DNA of 18,934 bases from Bacteriovoracaceae bacterium (GCA_049599895.1 JBMYPC010000057.1:1-18934); one strand, 5' to 3'. Positions 8,759-18,634 are shown, counted from the first letter of the stretch. The notes: generated by a model from the sequence alone, not told the origin. Numbers and translations: made by a program.

Positions 8759-10051
8759 TTAAGCACTCTTGTCTTTTCCTTTTACAGTGGAATCGACAAT
8801 TATACTACCCACACAGTCTCCTAAAACGTTTATTGCTGTACGAAACATATCAAGTAAACGATCTACTGCGAAGATTAGCCCTATCCCTTCAATGGGAAGT
8901 CCAACTGTTGTCAAAACAATACTCATAGTAATAAGCCCCGCACCCGGAATCGCCGCAGCTCCAACCGCAGCTAGTGACGCTGTTAAAAAGACAATGATTT
9001 GTGCACCAATACTTAAATCAATTCCATAAGCCTGAGCGATAAAAATAGCGGCCACTGATTCGTATAAAGCTGTTCCATCCATATTCACAGTGGCACCCAG
9101 TGGTAAAACAAACTTTGCCGTTTCTTTATTCACGCCAAGGTTTTCTTCAACAGTGGCCATGGTAACAGGCAATGTTGCCGCTGAAGATGAAGTTGAAAAA
9201 GCTGTTAAAAGTGGCGCACTTAAATCTTTTAAAATAGAGATCGGTGATCGCTTAAGTCTTATGGTTGCAAGAGTCACAAGAATTCCCGCGTGACAAAATA
9301 GCCCAATCAAAACCGTGAGAATATATTTTGAAAGAGAATAAATCGCTCCCACTCCTGCTTTGGCCATGACATCTAACATAAGAACAAAGATCCCGAGAGG
9401 AGCAATTTTCATAAGACCATGAGTAAGGTTTAAAGAAAGACTCTCTAAAGAGCCCATCAACTTCACAACTGGCTCCGCTTCTTTTTTGTAATAAAGGGCC
9501 ACCACTCCAAAGATCAGAGCGAACACAATCACCTGAAGAATTTCCATATTGGCAAGAGCATAAAATGGGTTCGTAGGAATCGCCCCTATGAGAACTGTTT
9601 GAATTGTTCCCCAAAGACCAGCATTATTTTCAACTTGTGTGGCGAGCATTGGCTTTGCCGACTTAAGAGCATCAAGCCCTTCATTAGCAAGATCAACCCC
9701 AACTCCAGGTTGAACAATATTCACAAAAATGAGTCCCACTAAAACTGCGAAACTCGTTGTGACAAAGTAATAAAGAAAGGCCCTTTTTCCCATGGTCCCA
9801 AGAGACTTTGGATCACCTAAATTAATAATCGCCATAAAGATTGATGAGAGAACAAGTGGAACAATGACCATTTTTAAAAGCCTGATAAAAACAGTCCCAA
9901 TTGGCTTAACGTAATCGACATAAGCGCCAAGATTCATAAAGTGAATGATAAGACCAATTACAAGACCCATCAGGAGTGCAAAACCAATTCTCTGCGCTTC
10001 TTTGTGGGCCTCAGACTTAGAGGGGGTTTTAAAGTGATCCATAGTTTCCAC
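8759..10051 (-). CDS. Dicarboxylate/amino acid:cation symporter (DAACS, GltP-like; likely Glu/Asp)
   Basis: FIRLLKMVIVPLV, AFSTSSSAATLP, GATVNMDGTALY and DRLLDMFRT (Arg typical of acidic amino acid carriers). Confidence 0.93.
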   Translation of the reverse strand: METMDHFKTPSKSEAHKEAQRIGFALLMGLVIGLIIHFMNLGAYVDYVKPIGTVFIRLLKMVIVPLVLSSIFMAIINLGDPKSLGTMGKRAFLYYFVTTSFAVLVGLIFVNIVQPGVGVDLANEGLDALKSAKPMLATQVENNAGLWGTIQTVLIGAIPTNPFYALANMEILQVIVFALIFGVVALYYKKEAEPVVKLMGSLESLSLNLTHGLMKIAPLGIFVLMLDVMAKAGVGAIYSLSKYILTVLIGLFCHAGILVTLATIRLKRSPISILKDLSAPLLTAFSTSSSAATLPVTMATVEENLGVNKETAKFVLPLGATVNMDGTALYESVAAIFIAQAYGIDLSIGAQIIVFLTASLAAVGAAAIPGAGLITMSIVLTTVGLPIEGIGLIFAVDRLLDMFRTAINVLGDCVGSIIVDSTVKGKDKSA

Positions 10052-10090
10052 CTTTTTAAGGCCCTATCCGATTTAGGGTATAATTTCTTT

Positions 10091-10645
10091 GTGAATACAC
10101 TTATTCTCTTAAGCCATTTTCTATTTGTAAACTTTGTTTGGCTTACACCTGCAAACGCCAAGATTGAAAAACCTAATTATGATTTTTCAATGGATAAACT
10201 CGTTCAGTTTGATCTTGGAAAAACTCAAGAAGAAGTCGAAAAGATTTTAGGAAAAGGCGAAACCATTGATGAAAACTCAAAAGCCACAATCATCAAATAT
10301 CACATTGCTCATATCCGCTATAAATTTCCTATTTTAATTCGCTTTAACAATAAAAAAATCGTGGATTATCACGCGAGACTTCCAAGCTATTTTATTCACG
10401 ATGTTTTTCACCAATCCATAATTAATCGATTTGGAAAGCAAGATACTTATGCTCTTGATAATGGAACAGCTCTTTATACTTGGACGAAAAAAGAGAATGT
10501 CGGTTATCTCTACAGCAGTACCTGTACCCTTACTTGTTTTCCGATCTATTTTTCGGCGTTTTCTAAGAAACCGCCTTATCCTGGGTACAAACCGCTTTTT
10601 GTTGAATTGACTCAAGAGAAAGATTTTAAGGCGAAATCAAAGTAA
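10091..10645 (+). CDS. Secreted hypothetical protein (possible BamE/BLIP-like repeats)
   Basis: The track ORF 9941-10645 overlaps the DAACS gene. In-frame GTG 10091 gives a signal peptide MNTLILLSHFLFVNFVWLTPANA|K. Contains a GKTQEEVEKILG motif. Confidence 0.75.
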   Translation: MNTLILLSHFLFVNFVWLTPANAKIEKPNYDFSMDKLVQFDLGKTQEEVEKILGKGETIDENSKATIIKYHIAHIRYKFPILIRFNNKKIVDYHARLPSYFIHDVFHQSIINRFGKQDTYALDNGTALYTWTKKENVGYLYSSTCTLTCFPIYFSAFSKKPPYPGYKPLFVELTQEKDFKAKSK

Positions 10646-10704
10646 GTGTCTGAAAACCTGATCACAGTCCGGACCGTCCCGACAGTAACCGAATTCAGAA
10701 ATAA

Positions 10705-11496
10705 TTACTCAAAATCAATTTGCCAATTTTTCTTTCTAATATAGAAAACTCCAGCAATACCAACTAAAAACATACCGATACAAAGAATTTGTCCCATAGT
10801 GGTTGTTCCCCCAAGGTAATAACCCAACTGGGAATCTGGTTGTCTAAAGAACTCGATGAAGTAACGAAAGACCGCATAGCCCATAAGAAAAACACAAGAG
10901 AGCACTCCATGCTTTTTGACTCTTGGATAGATAGCCCAAAGGATAATCGTAAGAACGATTCCTTCCATCACACCTTCATAAAGCTGTGAAGGATGTCGTG
11001 GATAAGGACCTCCACCAGGAAAAACAATTCCAAATGCTGAATCCGTTACTCTTCCGTAAAGCTCACCATTGATAAAGTTGCCAAGCCTTCCCCAAAAAAG
11101 TCCTTGAGTTCCAGCAAGGGCCACCACATCCATAACTTGTCCCCAACTGATTTTAAATTTTCTTGCAAATAAATATCCTGCTGCAAGCATTCCGGTTAAG
11201 GCGCCATGAAAACTTAAGCCTCCCTTCCAGACAGCAAAGATATCACCAAGGTTCTGTGAGTATTCATCCCAGTTGTAAATAAAGACGTAAAAGATTCTCG
11301 CTCCGATAAACATACCGATAATCAGATAAGTGATAAGGGTATCAACTTTTTCTGGGGCCACTTTAAAGAAACCATCTCGAGCAAGCTTTTTACAGATTTG
11401 AGTTCCTAAAAGAAAACCAATGACGTACATCAGTCCGTACCAGCGAACTTGAAGTGGTCCTAAGCTAAAAATAACGGGATCAATCCATCCTTCCAT
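10705..11496 (-). CDS. lgt: Prolipoprotein diacylglyceryl transferase
   Basis: IDPVIFSLGPLQVRWYGLMY, WKGGLSFHG, GRLGNFINGELYGR, RHPSQLYE, EFFRQPD. Start reassigned to ATG 11496 (AAGGA SD upstream). Confidence 0.97.
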   Translation of the reverse strand: MEGWIDPVIFSLGPLQVRWYGLMYVIGFLLGTQICKKLARDGFFKVAPEKVDTLITYLIIGMFIGARIFYVFIYNWDEYSQNLGDIFAVWKGGLSFHGALTGMLAAGYLFARKFKISWGQVMDVVALAGTQGLFWGRLGNFINGELYGRVTDSAFGIVFPGGGPYPRHPSQLYEGVMEGIVLTIILWAIYPRVKKHGVLSCVFLMGYAVFRYFIEFFRQPDSQLGYYLGGTTTMGQILCIGMFLVGIAGVFYIRKKNWQIDFE

Positions 11497-11582
11497 AAAT
11501 GAAATTCCTTTATAAGAGAGTGATAAGTCTAGCCTAAGGCATAGGCACCTAGGGTGACAAGGCACAGGAGTCTGAAAGGGAA

Positions 11583-12389
11583 TTAGAGGGCTTCGCTTAA
11601 CTCGGTTTTAACTGAGTCCGCAGAACATTCATAAGCAGGATAGCTTTTAATAATGTTTTGAATCAGCTGTCTTACTGGCACACTCAAACCTTGAACGTCG
11701 AGAAAACTGCAGCGGCTTGAAAGAAAACTCAGCATACTTTCTGGATTCATCTTAGTCGCTCTTTTCGCAGTAGAGTTAAAACTTACAATTCTAAATTTTG
11801 CGCCAAGCTTATGGGCTCCACCGGCCATAATAATTTGAGAATGATTAAAATCTAAATAAACCGCATGACCTTCAGCTGCATCTTTTCTCATCACAACCAT
11901 ATGGTTATCTTCGTAATCACCCCAGAACCCAACGATTCCATGACTTGCTAAAGACCAACTAATATAGCGGTTGATAATAACAGTTGATTCAAATTTTGCC
12001 TCTTGGCTTCCAAAGTTCTCAAAACAGCCAAGTTCCCACTCTGTTGCTGCAAAAGAGTAAACGAGTAAGCCAGCATTTTTATAGCGATAAACACGATAGC
12101 CCGTTTTTGGAATAATACTCTCTTCACCAAATTGATCGGCCTCAAGAACACCTTCAATTTGACGAGTCACCGATGGGGCAGCAGGCTTTAAAGTTAAAAC
12201 TCTCCCTGTAAGACGAGTTTCAAGCTTCTTTTCAATTTTTTTTGTTTGATCTTTATCCAGCTTTACGAAGTTATGAACTTTCAAAAAGTCTTCAAGCTCG
12301 TTGTGGAATTGACCAAGGTCAACTCTTACAAAAACAGGGAGCTCTTCCACAGCGTTAAATTGAAAATATGTCATTTTATCCTGCATCAC
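11583..12389 (-). CDS. Hypothetical protein (possible HPr-kinase-related fold lacking the P-loop)
   Basis: 268-aa ORF with an SD-like GGAAGG upstream and normal composition. The fold call is by-eye pattern similarity only. Confidence 0.75.
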   Translation of the reverse strand: MMQDKMTYFQFNAVEELPVFVRVDLGQFHNELEDFLKVHNFVKLDKDQTKKIEKKLETRLTGRVLTLKPAAPSVTRQIEGVLEADQFGEESIIPKTGYRVYRYKNAGLLVYSFAATEWELGCFENFGSQEAKFESTVIINRYISWSLASHGIVGFWGDYEDNHMVVMRKDAAEGHAVYLDFNHSQIIMAGGAHKLGAKFRIVSFNSTAKRATKMNPESMLSFLSSRCSFLDVQGLSVPVRQLIQNIIKSYPAYECSADSVKTELSEAL

Positions 12390-12568
12390 GTCACCCTTCC
12401 AAATGGATTCTCATTTCTGGGCATAAAATCCCAATACAATAGTACCTTTTGCCTCTATCGAACGCCAGTTCTGGCAACCTTTGCCCTAACAAACAAGTAA
12501 AATACGAATAGAATACATAAATATTGATTTACAAGATACTTAATTACCTACTTAAGCATTCCCTGTGA

Positions 12569-12597
12569 TTGACATTGGCCGCCAGATAAAATAAAAG
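12569..12597 (+). promoter_or_regulatory. Possible sigma70 promoter of rplU-rpmA
   Basis: TTGACA at 12569-12574; at 17-nt spacing the -10 is only TAAAAG (imperfect). Confidence 0.35.
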
Positions 12598-12696
12598 TAT
12601 GTCTCCTATTTTAAAGGGATTGCAAGCTGCGATTGGGGCAAAAGCTCCTTATTTAAAGATAAGGACCCCTAAATACGTGGATAACTGGAGGAAAAC

Positions 12697-13062
12697 ATGT
12701 ACGGTGTTGTTGAGATTGCGGGTCACCAATATAAAGTTCAAGCTGGTGACATTATTGATGTTCAAAGATTAAAAGCAGAAGAAAACGCAGACCTTGAATT
12801 TGATCAAGTTTATTTTACTGGTGGAGACACTCCTCTTCTTGGAAAGCCTGTTGTTAACGGTGCTAAAGTAAAAGCAAAAGTTATCAGACAAGCTCGTTCA
12901 AGAAAGCTTCTTGTTTTCAAAAGAAAGCCAGGGATGTACCAAAAGAAAAAAGGTCATCGTCAGCATTACACAGGTCTTCTCATTACTGAAATTGATAATG
13001 GAAACGGAGCTGTTGATAAAATTGATGCAAGTTCTGAAAAAGCAAAAAAGTATTTAAAGTAG
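12697..13062 (+). CDS. rplU: 50S ribosomal protein bL21 with a ~20-aa C-terminal extension
   Basis: MYGVVEIAGHQYKV...GKPVVNGAKVKAKV...GHRQHYT; GGAGG SD. Confidence 0.97.
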   Translation: MYGVVEIAGHQYKVQAGDIIDVQRLKAEENADLEFDQVYFTGGDTPLLGKPVVNGAKVKAKVIRQARSRKLLVFKRKPGMYQKKKGHRQHYTGLLITEIDNGNGAVDKIDASSEKAKKYLK

Positions 13063-13092
13063 TTAAAAATTTAAAATAAGCGGAGTCGAGTT

Positions 13093-13341
13093 ATGGCACA
13101 TAAAAAAGCTGGTGGTTCAACTAACAACGGTAGAGATTCAAACCCAAATATGTATGGGGTTAAAAAATATGGTGGTGAAACTGTGAAGCCAGGACAAATC
13201 ATCGTTACACAAGCTGGTTCTAAATTCCACGGTGGAAACGGAACTGGAACAGGGAAAAACTTTACAATCTACGCGAAAAAAGAAGGTAAAGTGCAATTCT
13301 CTTATTACACAAAGAAGAAACAATACGTTTCTGTTATCTAA
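13093..13341 (+). CDS. rpmA: 50S ribosomal protein bL27
   Basis: MAHKKAGGSTNNGRDS...GVKKYGG; directly follows rplU. Confidence 0.97.
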   Translation: MAHKKAGGSTNNGRDSNPNMYGVKKYGGETVKPGQIIVTQAGSKFHGGNGTGTGKNFTIYAKKEGKVQFSYYTKKKQYVSVI

Positions 13342-14415
<1,074 letters not shown>

Positions 14416-14431
14416 ATAAGAGAGTTAAAAC

Positions 14432-14908
14432 TTGTCATCAAATCAAAGTGATTTTGTATCTACAGAAGTTAAAAAGATCATCGAAGATGCATCTTTTGAA
14501 AAGCCGTTGAACTATGCAATGGCCAGTGCCTGGATCTGTGGAAATTTAAAAGGTGTAAACCTTAAAGTCCTCGATGTCTCACATCTAAGCTCTCTTTCTG
14601 ATTACTTCGTTTTTGCTTCAGCAACAAACAGCACTCAGGCCAATGCTATGATCGAAACGATTCAACGCCAGCTTAAAAAGCACGGACTTAAAGTGCTTTC
14701 AAAAGAAGGTGACGCTGAATCAGATTGGACTCTCCTTGATATGGGAGATGTTATTGTTCATATCTTTCTCGATGTGAGCCGCCAAATTTATGACCTTGAT
14801 TCACTTTGGGTCAAAGCAAAAAATATCGAAATTCCTAACGACTACTATTTCTCAGAACCAGAGTCTGCTGGAGATACAAAAAATAAAGACGATATTGATT
14901 ATTTCTAA
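14432..14908 (+). CDS. rsfS: Ribosome silencing factor RsfS (Iojap)
   Basis: [32 protein letters not shown] start. Confidence 0.92.
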   Translation: MSSNQSDFVSTEVKKIIEDASFEKPLNYAMASAWICGNLKGVNLKVLDVSHLSSLSDYFVFASATNSTQANAMIETIQRQLKKHGLKVLSKEGDAESDWTLLDMGDVIVHIFLDVSRQIYDLDSLWVKAKNIEIPNDYYFSEPESAGDTKNKDDIDYF

Positions 14909-14910
14909 TC

Positions 14911-15363
14911 ATGCAAATCAATCTCATCACAGTCGGTAAGCTTAAAAACTCATCTATTCAAACTCTCGAAATAGAGCTCTTAAAAAGGCTTCATCTCTAT
15001 AAAACCACTCTCATTGAACTCAAAGCCCATGGAGATGACATTCAAAAAGAATCTTTAGAAATTGAAAACAAGCTTAATGAACTGCGCGCATCAAAAGCCA
15101 ATACATTATTATTATCAGAACATGGAAAAAACTATGACAGCCTTGATTTTAGTAAACTCATTGAAGAGTTCCATGAAAACTCGACACCAACTTTAAACTT
15201 TGTCATTGCAGGGGCCAGTGGATTTAAGAAAGACTTTCTTAATCAGTATCGCCAAATCTCTTTATCAAGGATGACTTTCCCTCACGAGATTGCCCGACTT
15301 CTTTTTATTGAGCAAATTTATCGCGCTCAATGTATCAAAACCAATCATCCCTACCACAAATAA
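14911..15363 (+). CDS. rlmH: 23S rRNA (pseudouridine1915-N3)-methyltransferase RlmH
   Basis: [43 protein letters not shown]; follows rsfS. Confidence 0.95.
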   Translation: MQINLITVGKLKNSSIQTLEIELLKRLHLYKTTLIELKAHGDDIQKESLEIENKLNELRASKANTLLLSEHGKNYDSLDFSKLIEEFHENSTPTLNFVIAGASGFKKDFLNQYRQISLSRMTFPHEIARLLFIEQIYRAQCIKTNHPYHK

Positions 15364-15367
15364 AACT

Positions 15368-15544
15368 CAAAAAGTGCCAGGTACTTTTTAGAGAATGTTA
15401 GAAAACCAATGGTATTATATGAAAACCAAGAAAAAATTTTCATTAAAAACAAGTCTAAATCAGACTGAGATATATAACCTATCGTAATTAACTTTGATTT
15501 AGTTGAAAATCTTACTTTATCTAAAAAGTACCTGGCACTTTTTG
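15368..15544. repeat. 177-bp element bounded by perfect 25-bp inverted repeats (REP doublet / REPIN / MITE-like)
   Basis: CAAAAAGTGCCAGGTACTTTTTAGA (15368-15392) is the exact reverse complement of 15520-15544. Each arm is itself an imperfect palindrome. Confidence 0.85.
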
Positions 15545-15553
15545 GCTTTTTGG

Positions 15554-16015
15554 TTAGCGTGGGAAAGAGCCTTCTCTTGATATTGGTTGGTCGAGGACAA
15601 TCAGGGTTTCGGTGGACTGGACTTCAGGAAGGGCCTGGAGTTTTTCTACTAGGAAGTGATGGAGATGTTTAGTTCCTTTAAGGAGAACTTTTGCAAAAAG
15701 GGAATAAGATCCCGTGGTGTAATAAAGTTCTACGATTTCAGAAAGAGCATTCAGTTTCTTTTGAGCAGTTCCGTAACTCTTGGCACTGACCAAATTGATT
15801 CCGATAAAAGCACAAACTTCGAGTCCTAACTTTTCATTGTCGAGGATAACTTTTGATCCAGTGATAATTCCACTTTCTTTAAGTTTATTAACTCTAAAAT
15901 GAATTGTTCCAGCGGAGACATCGAGGGCATCAGCAATTTCTTGGTATGTGGTTTTTGAATCTTTAACAAGAAACTGAAGAATTGATCTGTCTGTGTCGTC
16001 GATTTTAATGCTCAT
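15554..16015 (-). CDS. Lrp/AsnC family transcriptional regulator (AsnC-like)
   Basis: IDDTDRSILQFL...YQEIADALDVSAGTIHFRVNKL HTH; YYTTGSYSLF and VQSTETLI RAM domain. The ATG overlaps the trpS TAA by 1 nt. Confidence 0.92.
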   Translation of the reverse strand: MSIKIDDTDRSILQFLVKDSKTTYQEIADALDVSAGTIHFRVNKLKESGIITGSKVILDNEKLGLEVCAFIGINLVSAKSYGTAQKKLNALSEIVELYYTTGSYSLFAKVLLKGTKHLHHFLVEKLQALPEVQSTETLIVLDQPISREGSFPR

Positions 16016-17040
16016 TATTTGAATTTTGAAATTCCAACTGCTTCTTTAAGATTTTCAAGAAGTGGTCTTGACTTTGCTCTAATTTTTTGAGCTCCCGCTT
16101 CTAAGATCTCATCAATCTCAGATTTATTATCCATTAGATAATTATAACGTTCACGCATAGGAGTAAGCTCTCGATTTACAGCTTGGAAAAGTTCAGCTTT
16201 GGCCTCCCCCCAGCCGATTCCTGTTTTATATCTCTCTTTAAGAGACTCTTGTTCTTCGAGACTTGCAAAGTGTGTATAAAGTTTAAAAATTAAATTCCCC
16301 TCTATCTCTTTGGGCTCATGAGGTTCACTTGAGTCAGTCTTAATTTTATTGATTAACTTTTTGACTCTTTTTTCGGTTTCAAAAAGTGGAATATGATTGC
16401 CGTAACTTTTCGACATTTTTCGGCCGTCTAATCCATCAATTAATATCTCATCTTTTGTAATGGCCTTAGGAAGTTTTAAGACTTCTCCAAAGTTATGGTT
16501 AATCACACCAGCAATATCTCTTGCCATTTCAAGATGCTGAACTTGGTCCGGTCCGACCGGAACTTCATCTGCGCCGACGATTAAAATGTCTGCAGCCATT
16601 AAGATGGGATAAGTGTAAAGGCCAATATTAATTCCATGATCTGGATCTTTTTGATTTTCCTCATTTCCTTGAACGGCAGCTTTATAAGAATGGGCCCGAT
16701 TCATAAGACCTTTATGGGTAAAGCAACCAAGTATCCAGGCAAGTTCAGGGATTTCCGGAATATCAGATTGTCTGTAAATGACAGTGGACTCAGGGTCAAG
16801 GCCACAGGCAAGCCAACAAGCCGCCACTTCATAAGTGTTATTTCTTAAAGTTTCAGCTGAGTGAATTGAGTTAAGAGAATGATAATCAGCAATAAAATAA
16901 TGCCCATGGTATTCTCCACTTTGGGCCATATTTAAGGCAGGTCTAATAGCTCCCAGGTAGTTGCCAACATGCGGCATCCCTGTCGACTGGATCCCTGTTA
17001 AACTTATTTTCTTTGTCTTAGGTTCATTTGCTTCGCTCAT
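16015..17040 (-). CDS. trpS: Tryptophan--tRNA ligase
   Basis: TGIQSTGMPHVGNYLGA (HIGH), FIADYH, YPILMAADIL, VPVGPDQVQHLE, KMSKS. Confidence 0.97.
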   Translation of the reverse strand: MSEANEPKTKKISLTGIQSTGMPHVGNYLGAIRPALNMAQSGEYHGHYFIADYHSLNSIHSAETLRNNTYEVAACWLACGLDPESTVIYRQSDIPEIPELAWILGCFTHKGLMNRAHSYKAAVQGNEENQKDPDHGINIGLYTYPILMAADILIVGADEVPVGPDQVQHLEMARDIAGVINHNFGEVLKLPKAITKDEILIDGLDGRKMSKSYGNHIPLFETEKRVKKLINKIKTDSSEPHEPKEIEGNLIFKLYTHFASLEEQESLKERYKTGIGWGEAKAELFQAVNRELTPMRERYNYLMDNKSEIDEILEAGAQKIRAKSRPLLENLKEAVGISKFK

Positions 17041-17105
17041 AGGCGTATACTACCTCAGACAATCTAAATGTTGCTACTGTTGAATTCTTACTCAGGCAGG
17101 AAAAT

Positions 17106-18179
17106 ATGAAATTTTTTAGCTTTCTTATCGCCATTTTTCTCTTTTTAAGCTCATGTGCTCAAACTCCCATAAAAAAGTCCTCTTCATGGGTTTTCACAAG
17201 AGGCTTAGAGACTAAAACAAGAGGAGGGACTACCACTGGCCCCGAAGTAGAGTTTGATACAAAAACCCCAAAGAGCTGGAAAGATTTAAAAGAAAAGGGT
17301 CTCAGCAAAAAAGAAAAAGACAGAAGAGCGATTCTTTCTCTTGCCGGAGAATTTCAAACAAAGTTTGAGTTTCTAGAGACTTTTACAATTGATCCCAACA
17401 AGAAAAAAGACCCACCCTATTCATCTTGGGGAACTGAGCTGGTCAAAATCATAAAGAATGAAAAGAATTTTATCTCCCTTCAACACATTATGGTGATGGA
17501 GTTTATTAACCCCAAAACGAAGAAAAAAGAAGGGCCCTTTGTTATGAAACATTGGCGACAAGATTGGATTTGGCAGGGTCAAAACCAACTTGTTTACCAA
17601 GGTGAAGGAAAATTTAAACTTATACAAAACTCTAAAAAAGAAATGAAAGGAAAATGGCTTTGGAATGTTTATCAAGTTGACGATTCTCCAAGATATTCCG
17701 GTACCGGAAGTTGGGATCACCGAAAGGCCCTTTCAATTTTTACAACTCATGAAATGAATCGACCACTTCCAAGAAGAGAACGAACATTAAGGTCAGACTA
17801 TCAAATTCTGAAAGGAACCGAGCAGCTTATTGTCACTCCTTTGGCCTGGTATCATGAACAAAAAAGTTTTAAGAAAGCCGATGCGATTCTTTCCCGAGAG
17901 GTTGGTCACAATAGCTACAGAAGAATTCAAAACTATCCCTTCCAGCTTGGTTACGACTACTGGGAAAAAACCCAACATTATTGGCAAGACGTTCAAAATG
18001 TTTGGAGTAAAACAATTAAAAGTAAAAAGGCCTTCACGTTGAAAAGCAAAGTCGATAAAAGTTTTTTATTCGCCAAGCACTTCAAGCAAGCTGAAGATGA
18101 GAAATTTAATCAAAAAACCTCAAAAAATCGGATCAAAAGAATTTCAGACATGATTAAGGAACACATTTCAAGCTATTAA
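17106..18179 (+). CDS. Lipoprotein, DUF6607-like family
   Basis: Lipobox LSSC. The motifs DRRAILSLAGEF...F.ET, KHWRQDW, VYQVDDSPRY, PLPRRE..RSDY and EVGHNSY match my recollection of DUF6607. Confidence 0.75.
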   Translation: MKFFSFLIAIFLFLSSCAQTPIKKSSSWVFTRGLETKTRGGTTTGPEVEFDTKTPKSWKDLKEKGLSKKEKDRRAILSLAGEFQTKFEFLETFTIDPNKKKDPPYSSWGTELVKIIKNEKNFISLQHIMVMEFINPKTKKKEGPFVMKHWRQDWIWQGQNQLVYQGEGKFKLIQNSKKEMKGKWLWNVYQVDDSPRYSGTGSWDHRKALSIFTTHEMNRPLPRRERTLRSDYQILKGTEQLIVTPLAWYHEQKSFKKADAILSREVGHNSYRRIQNYPFQLGYDYWEKTQHYWQDVQNVWSKTIKSKKAFTLKSKVDKSFLFAKHFKQAEDEKFNQKTSKNRIKRISDMIKEHISSY

Positions 18180-18181
18180 AT

Positions 18182-18516
18182 CTAAAGTAACTGTTTTTTG
18201 ATTTCTTTTTTATCTTTCTCTTCTTTTTCAAATCCTGGAATGAAATTAATGGGAACGTTCACAGAACATTGCGTGAACTTTTTCTCAATATTTTGATCAT
18301 CTCTATATTCATAAAATATACAATGGATATGTTTCCCTTGAAGAGTTTCAGACTCAAAATTCTCACCTTCTTCTAAACTTCTATTCGCGAGAAAAGGTTT
18401 TTTGCAATCTTTTGATCTTCAATAAGAATTTCTTGGGTGAAGAATTGCAAGTCGGTTATTGATTGGGCTTTTGCTTGATTGATAAAAAGTAATGCAAGGT
18501 AGGTCAGTACACTCAT
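18182..18516 (-). pseudogene. Frameshifted gene for a small secreted protein (~111 aa if repaired)
   Basis: Frame 0 from ATG 18516: MSVLTYLALLFINQAKA|QSITDLQFFTQEILIEDQKIAKNLFSRIEV* (TAG 18375-18373). The -1 frame continues LEEGENFESETLQGKHIHCIFYEYRDDQNIEKKFTQCSVNVPINFIPGFEKEEKDKKEIKKQLL* (stop 18184-18182). Confidence 0.55.
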
Positions 18517-18634
18517 GGAAATTAGGATAAAGGGGTTTTAGTTATTGGGGAAGTGGGAATAGGAGAATTGACGGAGAGATGACGAGAAGTTTTCGAAGTG
18601 TAGAAATTAGGTTCGGATTAAAATAAGACCAGGC

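Noticed and set aside
9941..10090. N-terminal 50 aa of the 234-aa ORF
   Set aside because: Overlaps the DAACS gene head-to-head; GTG 10091 yields a clean signal peptide.
10646..10704. GTCCGGAC palindrome and TCTGAA/TTCAGA in the convergent gap before lgt
   Set aside because: Too short, with no U-tract; not distinguishable from chance.
11497..11565. Cys-rich N-terminal extension of Lgt and small stems (GCCTA/TAGGC, CACC/GGTG) in this gap
   Set aside because: The SD and family alignment point to ATG 11496; 4-5 bp stems are too weak to call.
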